A stretch of 30,071 nt of DNA from Elusimicrobiota bacterium (GTDB lineage Bacteria > Elusimicrobiota > Elusimicrobia > UBA1565 > UBA9628), in assembly GCA_043731745.1 (NCBI GenBank), contig JAYTIP010000119.1, forward strand, positions 1 through 30,071. Reading direction: 5' to 3'. The position numbers and the translations under genes were made by a program. The notes below the pieces were generated by a model. The model searched no databases and was not told the origin of the DNA. It worked only from the letters and a program-made list of their open reading frames with translations. Positions 23,583-30,071 of this stretch are shown here, one piece after another (position 1 is the stretch's first letter; each line of letters opens with the position of its first letter).

Positions 23583-24631
23583 CGCAAGGTCGTCACGACG
23601 CACGCGTCGGAAAAGGAAAAGCCGTGAACCGCCGCCCCGTTGCGCTCGGGTATTAGGAACAGCTCGTGCGGCGTGAAAACGGAGTCGCGCGTGAGGTCGT
23701 AGAGGCGAGGGGAATCGACCACGATGAAGCTTCGGCCGTCGTCGTCGAACTGGATGTCGCGGCCCTTGTTGCCCTCGTGGAGCCACAGATCGTCCTGCTT
23801 GACGAAGAATTTTGTCTTGCCTTTCTCCGAGGGGGACAGCACGGCGAGCGCCTGGGCCGCGTGATAAACGACGCGCAGGAAGCCCGACTGCGTCTTATTG
23901 TCCTGCATCATGCGCAGGCCGTCGGGCTCGATGTCCCAGCGACCGTGCGTGGCGATCTCGGAGTCTCGCGATTCGACGATCAGGGTGTTCTTGAAGGTCG
24001 TCTCCTTGTCGAGCGAGAGCGGCTTCTTGACGCCCGGCCGCGCGCCGAGCGCGATCTCCGGGGTCACCTGGCCGCAGTCGCGGCGGGGCGGGTCCTTGAT
24101 CTCGGTGGGGGCGGGCAGGGCCTCGGGCCCGATGATCTCCGCCAGGGCGGCGCGAATTTCCCTTTCGAACTCCTCGTAGCCCCCTTCGCCGAGGCGGTCG
24201 AAGACGATGCGCCCGCGCCGGTCCACGAGGTAGAGCGCCGGCCAGCCTTCGTTGGCGTAGGCCTTCCAGATGCGGCGATCGGTGTCCAGGATGACCGGAT
24301 AGTCGACCCCGTATCGCTTGAGCAGGTTTTTCGCCCACACCGGCTCGCGGTGGAAGTTGAGGTCGGGCGTCAGGACCCCGACCACCATGACCTGCGACAG
24401 CGCGTAACGGTCGAACCAGGCGCTCAGCGCCGGCAGAATGCGCACGGAGTTGATCGAGGTCGGATTAATGAAGGCCACGACGACGACCTTGCGCTCGCGC
24501 ATGCGTCCGAGCGACAGCTGGGTCGCGTTGAGCCAAGCGCTGGCCGGCGGAAACTCCGGCGCGGGCGGGTTAATGGGCCTTTCGGAGCGCGCCGCCGTCG
24601 CCAGGACCAACAGCAGGAGCAAGGACCTCAC
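23579..24631 (-). CDS. Exported TlpA/DipZ-like thioredoxin-fold protein lacking the CxxC cysteines
   Basis: Signal peptide, APEF..WLN...L....KVVVV.F..TSINS.R.LP, GV.TP, ILDTD..IWKAYAN.GWPA.YL.D..G; GTG 24631 overlaps the upstream stop. Confidence 0.8.
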   Translation of the reverse strand: MRSLLLLLVLATAARSERPINPPAPEFPPASAWLNATQLSLGRMRERKVVVVAFINPTSINSVRILPALSAWFDRYALSQVMVVGVLTPDLNFHREPVWAKNLLKRYGVDYPVILDTDRRIWKAYANEGWPALYLVDRRGRIVFDRLGEGGYEEFEREIRAALAEIIGPEALPAPTEIKDPPRRDCGQVTPEIALGARPGVKKPLSLDKETTFKNTLIVESRDSEIATHGRWDIEPDGLRMMQDNKTQSGFLRVVYHAAQALAVLSPSEKGKTKFFVKQDDLWLHEGNKGRDIQFDDDGRSFIVVDSPRLYDLTRDSVFTPHELFLIPERNGAAVHGFSFSDACVVTTLR

Positions 24632-25485
24632 GGCGTCTCCGAGTCGCGGCCGGTGAGAACGATCTCCACCAAGGTCGAGAGCCTCTCGGCGCGGTCGGTC
24701 GCTCCGGTCTTCTGATGGATCGAGATCAGGTTGCGGATCATGCGCGCCAGAATTTCGCGCGACGCCACGGGCTTGCCCAGCTCCGGCCGCCAGTCGTAGC
24801 CGTTGCGCACGAGCATGCGCTTGACCTCGGGCAAGGTCATCAGTTGGCCCGAACGGAAGCAATCGACGAACAGCGACTCTCCGCCCTCGCGGTATCCCGC
24901 GAGGAAGTGTCCCGGCGTCCCCACGCCGTACAACGGCAAGCGCAGGCGCCGCGCGAGGAGCAGCACGAGCACGGTCAAGGTGACGGGGATGCCCCGGCGC
25001 GTGTCGATCACGCGCGAGAGATAGCTGTTGTCCGCGTCGTAGTAATGCGTCTCGTTGCCCGCGAAGGCGAGCGAGTTAAACAGATGGTTGGTCAGGCGCC
25101 GCACCGACTCGCCGATGCCCGCGTCCGTGGGCGTCTCGGCGGCCACGGCGGCGGCGACCTTATCGAGCCAGTCGCCGTAAATCTTCGGTTTGACGTCGGC
25201 GAATCCGAAGCGGGAGATCAGCAAAGCGCCTTCCTCGAGGTCGGGGAGGCGGGCCAAGGACAGACGCACGAAGTCGCGACGCAAGTCCTGAAAACGAAGG
25301 TCTCCCGTCACGGATTCGAGGCGAATCGCCATTTCCGGGGTCGCGGAAGGGCGTAATTCGTCCAGATAGGGAAGAATCGCGGCGCCGACGCCCAAGATCT
25401 TCCGGCGCACGAGCGCCAGGCTGTCGGGGTCTTCTTCCTCTAATAGCGTAACGAGGCTTCGCAGCGCCTTTTCGTCGAGAGGCAT
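24628..25485 (-). CDS. SirB1 / transglutaminase-like (Transglut_core2) protein
   Basis: FAGNE.HYY..DNSYL..V...RRGIP.TL, PGHFL, ILARMIRNL; start ATG 25485 just after a promoter. Confidence 0.85.
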   Translation of the reverse strand: MPLDEKALRSLVTLLEEEDPDSLALVRRKILGVGAAILPYLDELRPSATPEMAIRLESVTGDLRFQDLRRDFVRLSLARLPDLEEGALLISRFGFADVKPKIYGDWLDKVAAAVAAETPTDAGIGESVRRLTNHLFNSLAFAGNETHYYDADNSYLSRVIDTRRGIPVTLTVLVLLLARRLRLPLYGVGTPGHFLAGYREGGESLFVDCFRSGQLMTLPEVKRMLVRNGYDWRPELGKPVASREILARMIRNLISIHQKTGATDRAERLSTLVEIVLTGRDSETP

Positions 25486-25494
25486 CTCGCTCGA

Positions 25495-25523
25495 ATTGTA
25501 GCGGGGTAATCGAACCTTTTCAA
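25495..25523 (-). promoter_or_regulatory. Sigma70 promoter of the SirB1 operon
   Basis: TTGAAA 25518-25523 - N17 - TACAAT 25495-25500, 9 nt before the ATG. Confidence 0.65.
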
Positions 25524-25579
25524 GGCTTGCGCCATCGAATAAATATGATTGAATTCCTCGACGGAGCACCGACGAGAAA

Positions 25580-27301
25580 ATGAGCGCCCCACGCCCCCAT
25601 GAAGTCCTGGCCGCCCTCCGGGCCCTCGAGGACCTCGCCTCCGGCGACCCCATGAGCGTGCGCGGCGTCCTGGCGACCTTGGTCACGGTCGACGGGGCCT
25701 TAGGCGAACGCGCCGGCGCGTCGATCGTCGTGGCCGACGACGCGGCCGAGGGCTCGCAGGGCGTCCTCGCCGCTTCCGCCGTCCCGGACTCCCTGCGCGA
25801 GGCGGCGGCCGCCGCGATCGCGTCCCAGCAGCCGCGCCTGATCGAAGCCGACCTGACGGAAGACGACGCGATTTTCGGTCCCGGCGGCCTCTCGGGACGC
25901 GCTGAAATCTGGGTCGAGCCCATCACCGGCGACCTGCGCGAGCGCCTGCGCGAGGTTCGCGAGACCTTGCTTCGCGGCGAGGGCCTCGTCGTTGAATTCG
26001 CCTTTTCCGGCGAGGACGCCGGCCGTCGCCGCCACTACCCGCCCGATCATCCCGGAGTGAAGGCCTGCTACCAGGAGGGCGAACCGGAGCTCGAAGAGGA
26101 GGCCCAGCGCGGCGGCGTACGCCGCCTTATGCGCGTGCCGACGATTCCGATGGGTAAGGCGCTCATCTTGGGCTCGAGCGAGGACTGCCGTTGCCTGGCC
26201 GAGCATCTCGACCGCCTGGGCTTCGTCGTCACCGTCGCCGATCATCGTCCGGGCCGGCTGCACGGCGAGGGCTGGGACCGCGCGCGCTGGCAGCTCGTCG
26301 AAGGCGGCTGGGAGGCGGCCCGAACCGCGTGCCGCCCGGACCTCGACACCTATATCGTCATCGCCACTCGCAGCCACAGCGCCGACCTGCGCGCTTTAAA
26401 GGGCGCGGTGCCGAGTCCGGCGCGCTATGTCGGGCTCGTCGGCTCCGTCGGCCGCGCGGCGAAACTGCTCGCCGAATTGCGCGAGCAGGGAGTCGAACCC
26501 CGCGCGGGCTCCTTTTCGGCCCCCGCGGGCTTGGATGTCGGGGCGGAGACCGCGGAAGAAATCGCTTTGGCCGTCACCGCCGAGATTTTGGCCGTGCGCG
26601 GCGAGCGCAAGGGCGGACGCCCCGCCCGCGCCCGGGCCGCCGGGTCTTCTCCGATGCAACGCAAAGGCGGGGTGAAGATCCCAGGCCTCGTTTTGGCGGC
26701 CGGGCGCGGCAAGCGCTTCGGCGCCGCGTCCAAGATGTTGGCCGATGTGGACGGTCGGCCGGTCTTGAGACATGTCGTCGAGTCCGCGCTCGGCGCGCGG
26801 CTTGACCCCGTGATCGTGGTGCTCGGCGCCGGCGCCGAGGACGGCCTTAAGGCCATCGCTGGCCTCGATGATCCGCGCCTGCGGGTGATCTTCAATCCGT
26901 CCTGGTCCACGGGCAAGGCCTCGACCTTCGAGGTCGGGCTGCGCGAGGTTCCCGCCGACGCGCCCGGCGTCGTGGCCCTGCTCGGCGACATGCCGCGCGT
27001 GCCCGCCTGGCTCATCGAGCGCGTCATCGCGGAGTTCGAGATGTCGGGTCAGCTGACATTCCCGATTTACCCCGGCACTGAAGGACCCGTGAAGGGCCAC
27101 CCCACCGCCTACCCCAGGGAATTGTTCGGCGAGGTGGGCCGCTTGATAGGCGACGACACGGCCATGGCCGCGATTCGTCGTCATTGGGGTGAGGCGGTGA
27201 AGATCCCGCTCGACGACGATTATACTCAGGCCGATATCGACACGGCTCAAGACCTCGAGCTGCTGCGCGTGAAGCCCGACACCCAGGGTCGCCTGCTCTA
27301 G
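25580..27301 (+). CDS. XdhC/CoxI Moco-insertion chaperone fused to MocA/MobA-like nucleotidyltransferase
   Basis: XdhC Rossmann part (IVIATRSH..D, YVGLVGS, APAGLDVGAETAEEIALAV.AEILAV), then LVLAAGRGKRFG, LGDMP, GHP. Confidence 0.88.
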   Translation: MSAPRPHEVLAALRALEDLASGDPMSVRGVLATLVTVDGALGERAGASIVVADDAAEGSQGVLAASAVPDSLREAAAAAIASQQPRLIEADLTEDDAIFGPGGLSGRAEIWVEPITGDLRERLREVRETLLRGEGLVVEFAFSGEDAGRRRHYPPDHPGVKACYQEGEPELEEEAQRGGVRRLMRVPTIPMGKALILGSSEDCRCLAEHLDRLGFVVTVADHRPGRLHGEGWDRARWQLVEGGWEAARTACRPDLDTYIVIATRSHSADLRALKGAVPSPARYVGLVGSVGRAAKLLAELREQGVEPRAGSFSAPAGLDVGAETAEEIALAVTAEILAVRGERKGGRPARARAAGSSPMQRKGGVKIPGLVLAAGRGKRFGAASKMLADVDGRPVLRHVVESALGARLDPVIVVLGAGAEDGLKAIAGLDDPRLRVIFNPSWSTGKASTFEVGLREVPADAPGVVALLGDMPRVPAWLIERVIAEFEMSGQLTFPIYPGTEGPVKGHPTAYPRELFGEVGRLIGDDTAMAAIRRHWGEAVKIPLDDDYTQADIDTAQDLELLRVKPDTQGRLL

Positions 27302-27315
27302 TCGGTCCCTAAGCT

Positions 27316-27418
27316 CACGATGTCGTGCGTGTCATTATCACTTCCGCGCAGACAGAGTTAATGTCGCGCAAGCCATTATCAATCCCGCGCCGACTATGTT
27401 AATGTCGCGCACGCCATT
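27316..27418. repeat. Degenerate 41-bp tandem repeat (~2.5 copies)
   Basis: Units start at 27316, 27357 and 27398; copies 2 and 3 share GTTAATGTCGCGCA.GCCATT (20/21); copies 1 and 2 are 27/41 identical. Confidence 0.65.
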
Positions 27419-27799
27419 GCCGTTACTTGCGTTCGCGCGCGCGCGGGCTTTAAGAGTACTCCCGTGACGCTTGCGGACGGGCCGAGGCCAGCGGTTGAAA
27501 TCCAAGACATCGGGGATAACGAGCGGTTCATGACCAAGCGCCCGCCAAAGCGTCCGTAGCGTGCTCAGTTTAACGTCGTCGCCGGCTTCGATGCGCGAGA
27601 TTCGATGTTGGCTGACCCCGGAACGCCGAGCCAGTTCGGCCTGAGTCAATCCCGCGCGTTTGCGCAGGTACCAGACTTGGCGGTCGAAGGTCCAGGAGCG
27701 CCACGCTCCCGCTTTCGCGAGGGCTTCCGCCACTTCGTCCATCGGATCGGGCGTCGCGAGGTCCCGTTTCATCTCCTCGAGCGCCGTTCTGTCATCCAT
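27338..27799 (-). CDS. XRE/Cro-C1 HTH transcriptional regulator
   Basis: LRKRAGLTQAELARRSGVSQ..ISRIEAG...LSTL..L..ALG; the C-terminal ~30 aa read through the tandem repeat and may be non-functional. Confidence 0.8.
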   Translation of the reverse strand: MDDRTALEEMKRDLATPDPMDEVAEALAKAGAWRSWTFDRQVWYLRKRAGLTQAELARRSGVSQHRISRIEAGDDVKLSTLRTLWRALGHEPLVIPDVLDFNRWPRPVRKRHGSTLKARARANASNGNGVRDINIVGAGLIMACATLTLSARK

Positions 27800-27835
27800 A
27801 CCTAACAGACGATTGAACTCGAGAAAAGTTCCCTG

Positions 27836-28318
27836 CTACCGGTATTCGATCGAGGCGACCGTCCAGGATTCGTCGTTCCAAGTCGCAGGCTGACCGGCCT
27901 TCAAGCCGAAGAGCGATTGCGCGAACGGCGCGGACCAGCGCAAGGTGTCTCCGCCTTCGTCGGCCTCGTCCTCTCCGACGATCCGTATCGTTTTCGTCGC
28001 GTCTTCGCGTTGAAGGACGACCGTCGCGCCGAAGCGAATCTGGTCCTTGGGTTGATTCGCGGGATCGACGGGAATCGCGGCTTCGAGGCGTGCGCGGATG
28101 TAGCGAAGGTCTCGCTCCAACTCGCGTTTGCGCTTCTTCTTCGCCGGGTCTTCCTGCGCGCCGCCGTACGCCGCAAGCGCGGAGACGAGGCGCGCTTCTT
28201 CGTCCTCGAGACTCTTGAGCCCGCGCGGGGTGACGTAGTTGGGGAGGGAAGAAACCGGCTTCTCGGGCGGATCCTCGTCCGGGCCCTGGGCGTCTTCTTT
28301 GACGAAGGCCCGGCTCAT
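27836..28318 (-). CDS. GreA/GreB-family elongation-factor paralog (MSRAFVKE type)
   Basis: NYVTPRGL..L, RDLRY, IRFGATV, IVGEDEAD, SAPFAQ.L.G.K.G; ATG 28318 is 5 nt after the hisS stop. Confidence 0.85.
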   Translation of the reverse strand: MSRAFVKEDAQGPDEDPPEKPVSSLPNYVTPRGLKSLEDEEARLVSALAAYGGAQEDPAKKKRKRELERDLRYIRARLEAAIPVDPANQPKDQIRFGATVVLQREDATKTIRIVGEDEADEGGDTLRWSAPFAQSLFGLKAGQPATWNDESWTVASIEYR

Positions 28319-28323
28319 AAAAG

Positions 28324-29601
28324 TTAGTGCTTGCCGGCGATGAGAGCGCAGGCTTCTTCGAGCGTGAGCGCCTGCTCTTCGCCGGTCCCGAGGCTCTTGA
28401 CCTGCATCACGCCGCGACCGGCTTCGTCGGGTCCGATGACGATCGCGTAGGCGGCCTTCTTTTGGTCGGCGTACTTGAACTGAGCCTTGAGCTTGCCCGT
28501 GCCGGGGTACACATCGATCGACAGCCCCTTGGCGCGAAGCGCGGCGCCGACCTCGAGCGAGCGGCCGCGCAAAGCGTCGTCGAACACGGTCACGACCGCG
28601 TCGGGGGCGGCGTGGTCGAGGCCCTGGCCCTTCTCTTCGAGGATCAGCATCAGGCGCTCGAAGCCGATCGAGCCGCCGCACGCGGGCGTGAGCGCGCCGC
28701 CGAACTTGGCGGTGAGCTTGTCGTAGCGGCCGCCGCCGCCGAGCGAGCCGGACAGGGAGGCGTGGCGGAACTCGAACACAGGACCGGTGTAGTAGCCCAT
28801 GCCGCGCATGAGGCTCGGGTCGACCGCGATGTCGGAGCCGGGGACGAGCGCCTTCACGGCGTGGATGATCTTGTCGAGCGGCTCGGCGGCGGGCGCGCTC
28901 TCTGCGAGCAAGGTCGCGACGAGTTTGTCGGTCGACTCTTTGCCGACTTGAGCGACCAATTCGTCGATGACGGCGTCTCTTCCGATTTTGTCGAGCTTGT
29001 CGATGCTCACGCACGCCGCTGCGCGCTTGTCTTCGGGAACTCCGGCCGCCATGAGGGCCTGATCGACGTTTCTCCGGTCGTTCAGGTGGACCTTGACGCC
29101 CGTCAGGCCGAACGCCTCGAACACGCGCAGGATCGCGACGATGACCTCGACCTCCGCACCCCAGGAGTCGGAGCCGATGATGTCGACGTCGCACTGCGTG
29201 AATTCTCTGTAGCGTCCTTTCTGAGCGCGTTCCGCGCGCCACACGGGTCCCATATGAAACGCTTTAAAAGGATGCGGCAGGTTCGAGCCGTGCTTGGAGT
29301 ACCAGCGCGCCAGCGGTAAGGTCAGGTCGAAGCGCAGGCCGAGGTCGGCGAGCTCCGTTTTTTCCGCCGCGGCGCGCTCAAGCGACTCTCCTCGCTTCAT
29401 GATCTTGAAGATCAGCTTCTCGTTCTCGCCGCCGCCCTGGCCGGTGAGTACCGAGAGTTCCTCGACGGCGGAGGTCGCCACGGGCTGGAAACCGAACGAG
29501 CGATAGACGCCCGCGATCGTGCTCGCCGCCTTCGTGCGGGCGGCGACCTGGTCGGGCAAAAAGTCGCGGAAGCCCGACGGCGGCGTCGTGGGAATGGCCA
29601 T
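28324..29601 (-). CDS. hisS: Histidine--tRNA ligase
   Basis: PSGFRDFLP, GLRFDLT.PLAR, GPVWRAERAQKGRYREFTQCD.D, RGMGYYTG.VFE, GGGRYD, GGSIGFERL. Confidence 0.97.
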   Translation of the reverse strand: MAIPTTPPSGFRDFLPDQVAARTKAASTIAGVYRSFGFQPVATSAVEELSVLTGQGGGENEKLIFKIMKRGESLERAAAEKTELADLGLRFDLTLPLARWYSKHGSNLPHPFKAFHMGPVWRAERAQKGRYREFTQCDVDIIGSDSWGAEVEVIVAILRVFEAFGLTGVKVHLNDRRNVDQALMAAGVPEDKRAAACVSIDKLDKIGRDAVIDELVAQVGKESTDKLVATLLAESAPAAEPLDKIIHAVKALVPGSDIAVDPSLMRGMGYYTGPVFEFRHASLSGSLGGGGRYDKLTAKFGGALTPACGGSIGFERLMLILEEKGQGLDHAAPDAVVTVFDDALRGRSLEVGAALRAKGLSIDVYPGTGKLKAQFKYADQKKAAYAIVIGPDEAGRGVMQVKSLGTGEEQALTLEEACALIAGKH

Positions 29602-29608
29602 GGCGGAT

Positions 29609-29629
29609 AATTTAGCAAATCGCTACTAT
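29609..29629. promoter_or_regulatory. Overlapping divergent -10 elements in the 34-bp hisS/addB gap
   Basis: Minus: extended -10 TG-C-TAAATT 29609-29617, 7 nt from ATG 29601. Plus: TACTAT 29624-29629, 6 nt from ATG 29636. No good -35 boxes. Confidence 0.45.
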
Positions 29630-29635
29630 GGTCGT

Positions 29636-30071
29636 ATGAGCGCCAAATCGGGAGGGCTGACGGTCGTCCACGGCCCCTTCGAGGCGCTCGAAGACGCCTT
29701 CGCGGCGCGCGTGGCCGAGCTCCCGCGTGGCCCGGGTGCCGCGCCGCTGCTCGTCGTCGCGCCCTCGCGCGCCTTGGCCGACCGGCTCGAGCGTCTGCTC
29801 GCCGTCGAGAAGGGACTGCCGCTGCTGGGCGTTCACTTCCACACTTTCCATTCGCTCGCGGCGACGGTCGTCGAGGAGGCGGGCTTTCCGGACGCCGCGC
29901 TCATCACCGATCCGGTGTTCCACGACGCGGTCGTCGACCGCGTGCTCGACCTGGCGCCGCGGCTCGGCGTCGCCAAGGAGCTTCGTCCCAAGGCGCTCGC
30001 GTCCGCGGTGCGCTCGAGCCTGCGCGACTTTGATTACCCGGGCGTCGATCCGAAGCTGGTGTCGGAGCATT
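29636..30071 (+). CDS. AddB/RexB-like helicase-nuclease subunit, N-terminal part (3'-partial; absent from the ORF track)
   Basis: Open frame to the window end: MSAKSGGLTVVHGPFEALEDAF..LLVVAPSR.LA.RL...LA......LGVHFHTFHSLA, resembling AddB/PD-(D/E)XK helicase-like N-termini. Confidence 0.6.
   Translation, partial: MSAKSGGLTVVHGPFEALEDAFAARVAELPRGPGAAPLLVVAPSRALADRLERLLAVEKGLPLLGVHFHTFHSLAATVVEEAGFPDAALITDPVFHDAVVDRVLDLAPRLGVAKELRPKALASAVRSSLRDFDYPGVDPKLVSEH

Noticed and set aside
27316-27418. Mini CRISPR array
   Set aside because: The inter-repeat segments resemble each other, units are degenerate, and there are no cas genes.
27338-27799. XRE as antitoxin of a type II TA module or prophage repressor
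   Set aside because: No adjacent toxin, Cro or phage genes.
30025-30045. RDFDYPG in the AddB-like ORF, possibly a compensated frameshift of RDLIDAG
   Set aside because: Speculative, at the window edge, and cannot be separated from sequence error without reads or homologs.

Overview
GC-rich (roughly 65-70%) chromosomal window from a diderm bacterium (porin with a C-terminal beta-signal, many Sec/periplasmic proteins); the taxon cannot be fixed from the sequence alone. It holds about 33 densely packed genes: DUF2891 (5'-partial), an eRF1-like (baeRF) protein, a YtrA-type GntR/ABC operon, a BON protein, small hypotheticals, a tightly packed cysM - JAB/MPN+ - [Ubl-E1-rhodanese fusion] - membrane rhodanese - mutM operon, class Ia nrdAB, SCO, a ~965-bp single-gene islet bounded by a 22-bp direct repeat, an apbE - porin - FMN-binding - His-rich membrane protein operon behind twin TGA-N9-TCA operators, DsbA-like, TetR, a YtxH fusion, a SirB1 - Cys-less TlpA/DipZ - Ala/Glu epimerase operon, an XdhC-MocA fusion, XRE, a Gre-like factor, hisS and the 5' part of an AddB-like gene. 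Sigma70 promoters are unusually close to consensus and several point to leaderless mRNAs, which corrects many starts in the supplied ORF track. No rRNA, tRNA, CRISPR array, integrase or transposase was seen. Family calls come from motif recognition, not database searches. The most interesting items are the Ubl-E1 fusion/JAB sulfur-relay operon, the direct-repeat-bounded islet, the flavinylation/porin operon and a palindrome-packed intergenic region at 11657-11827.
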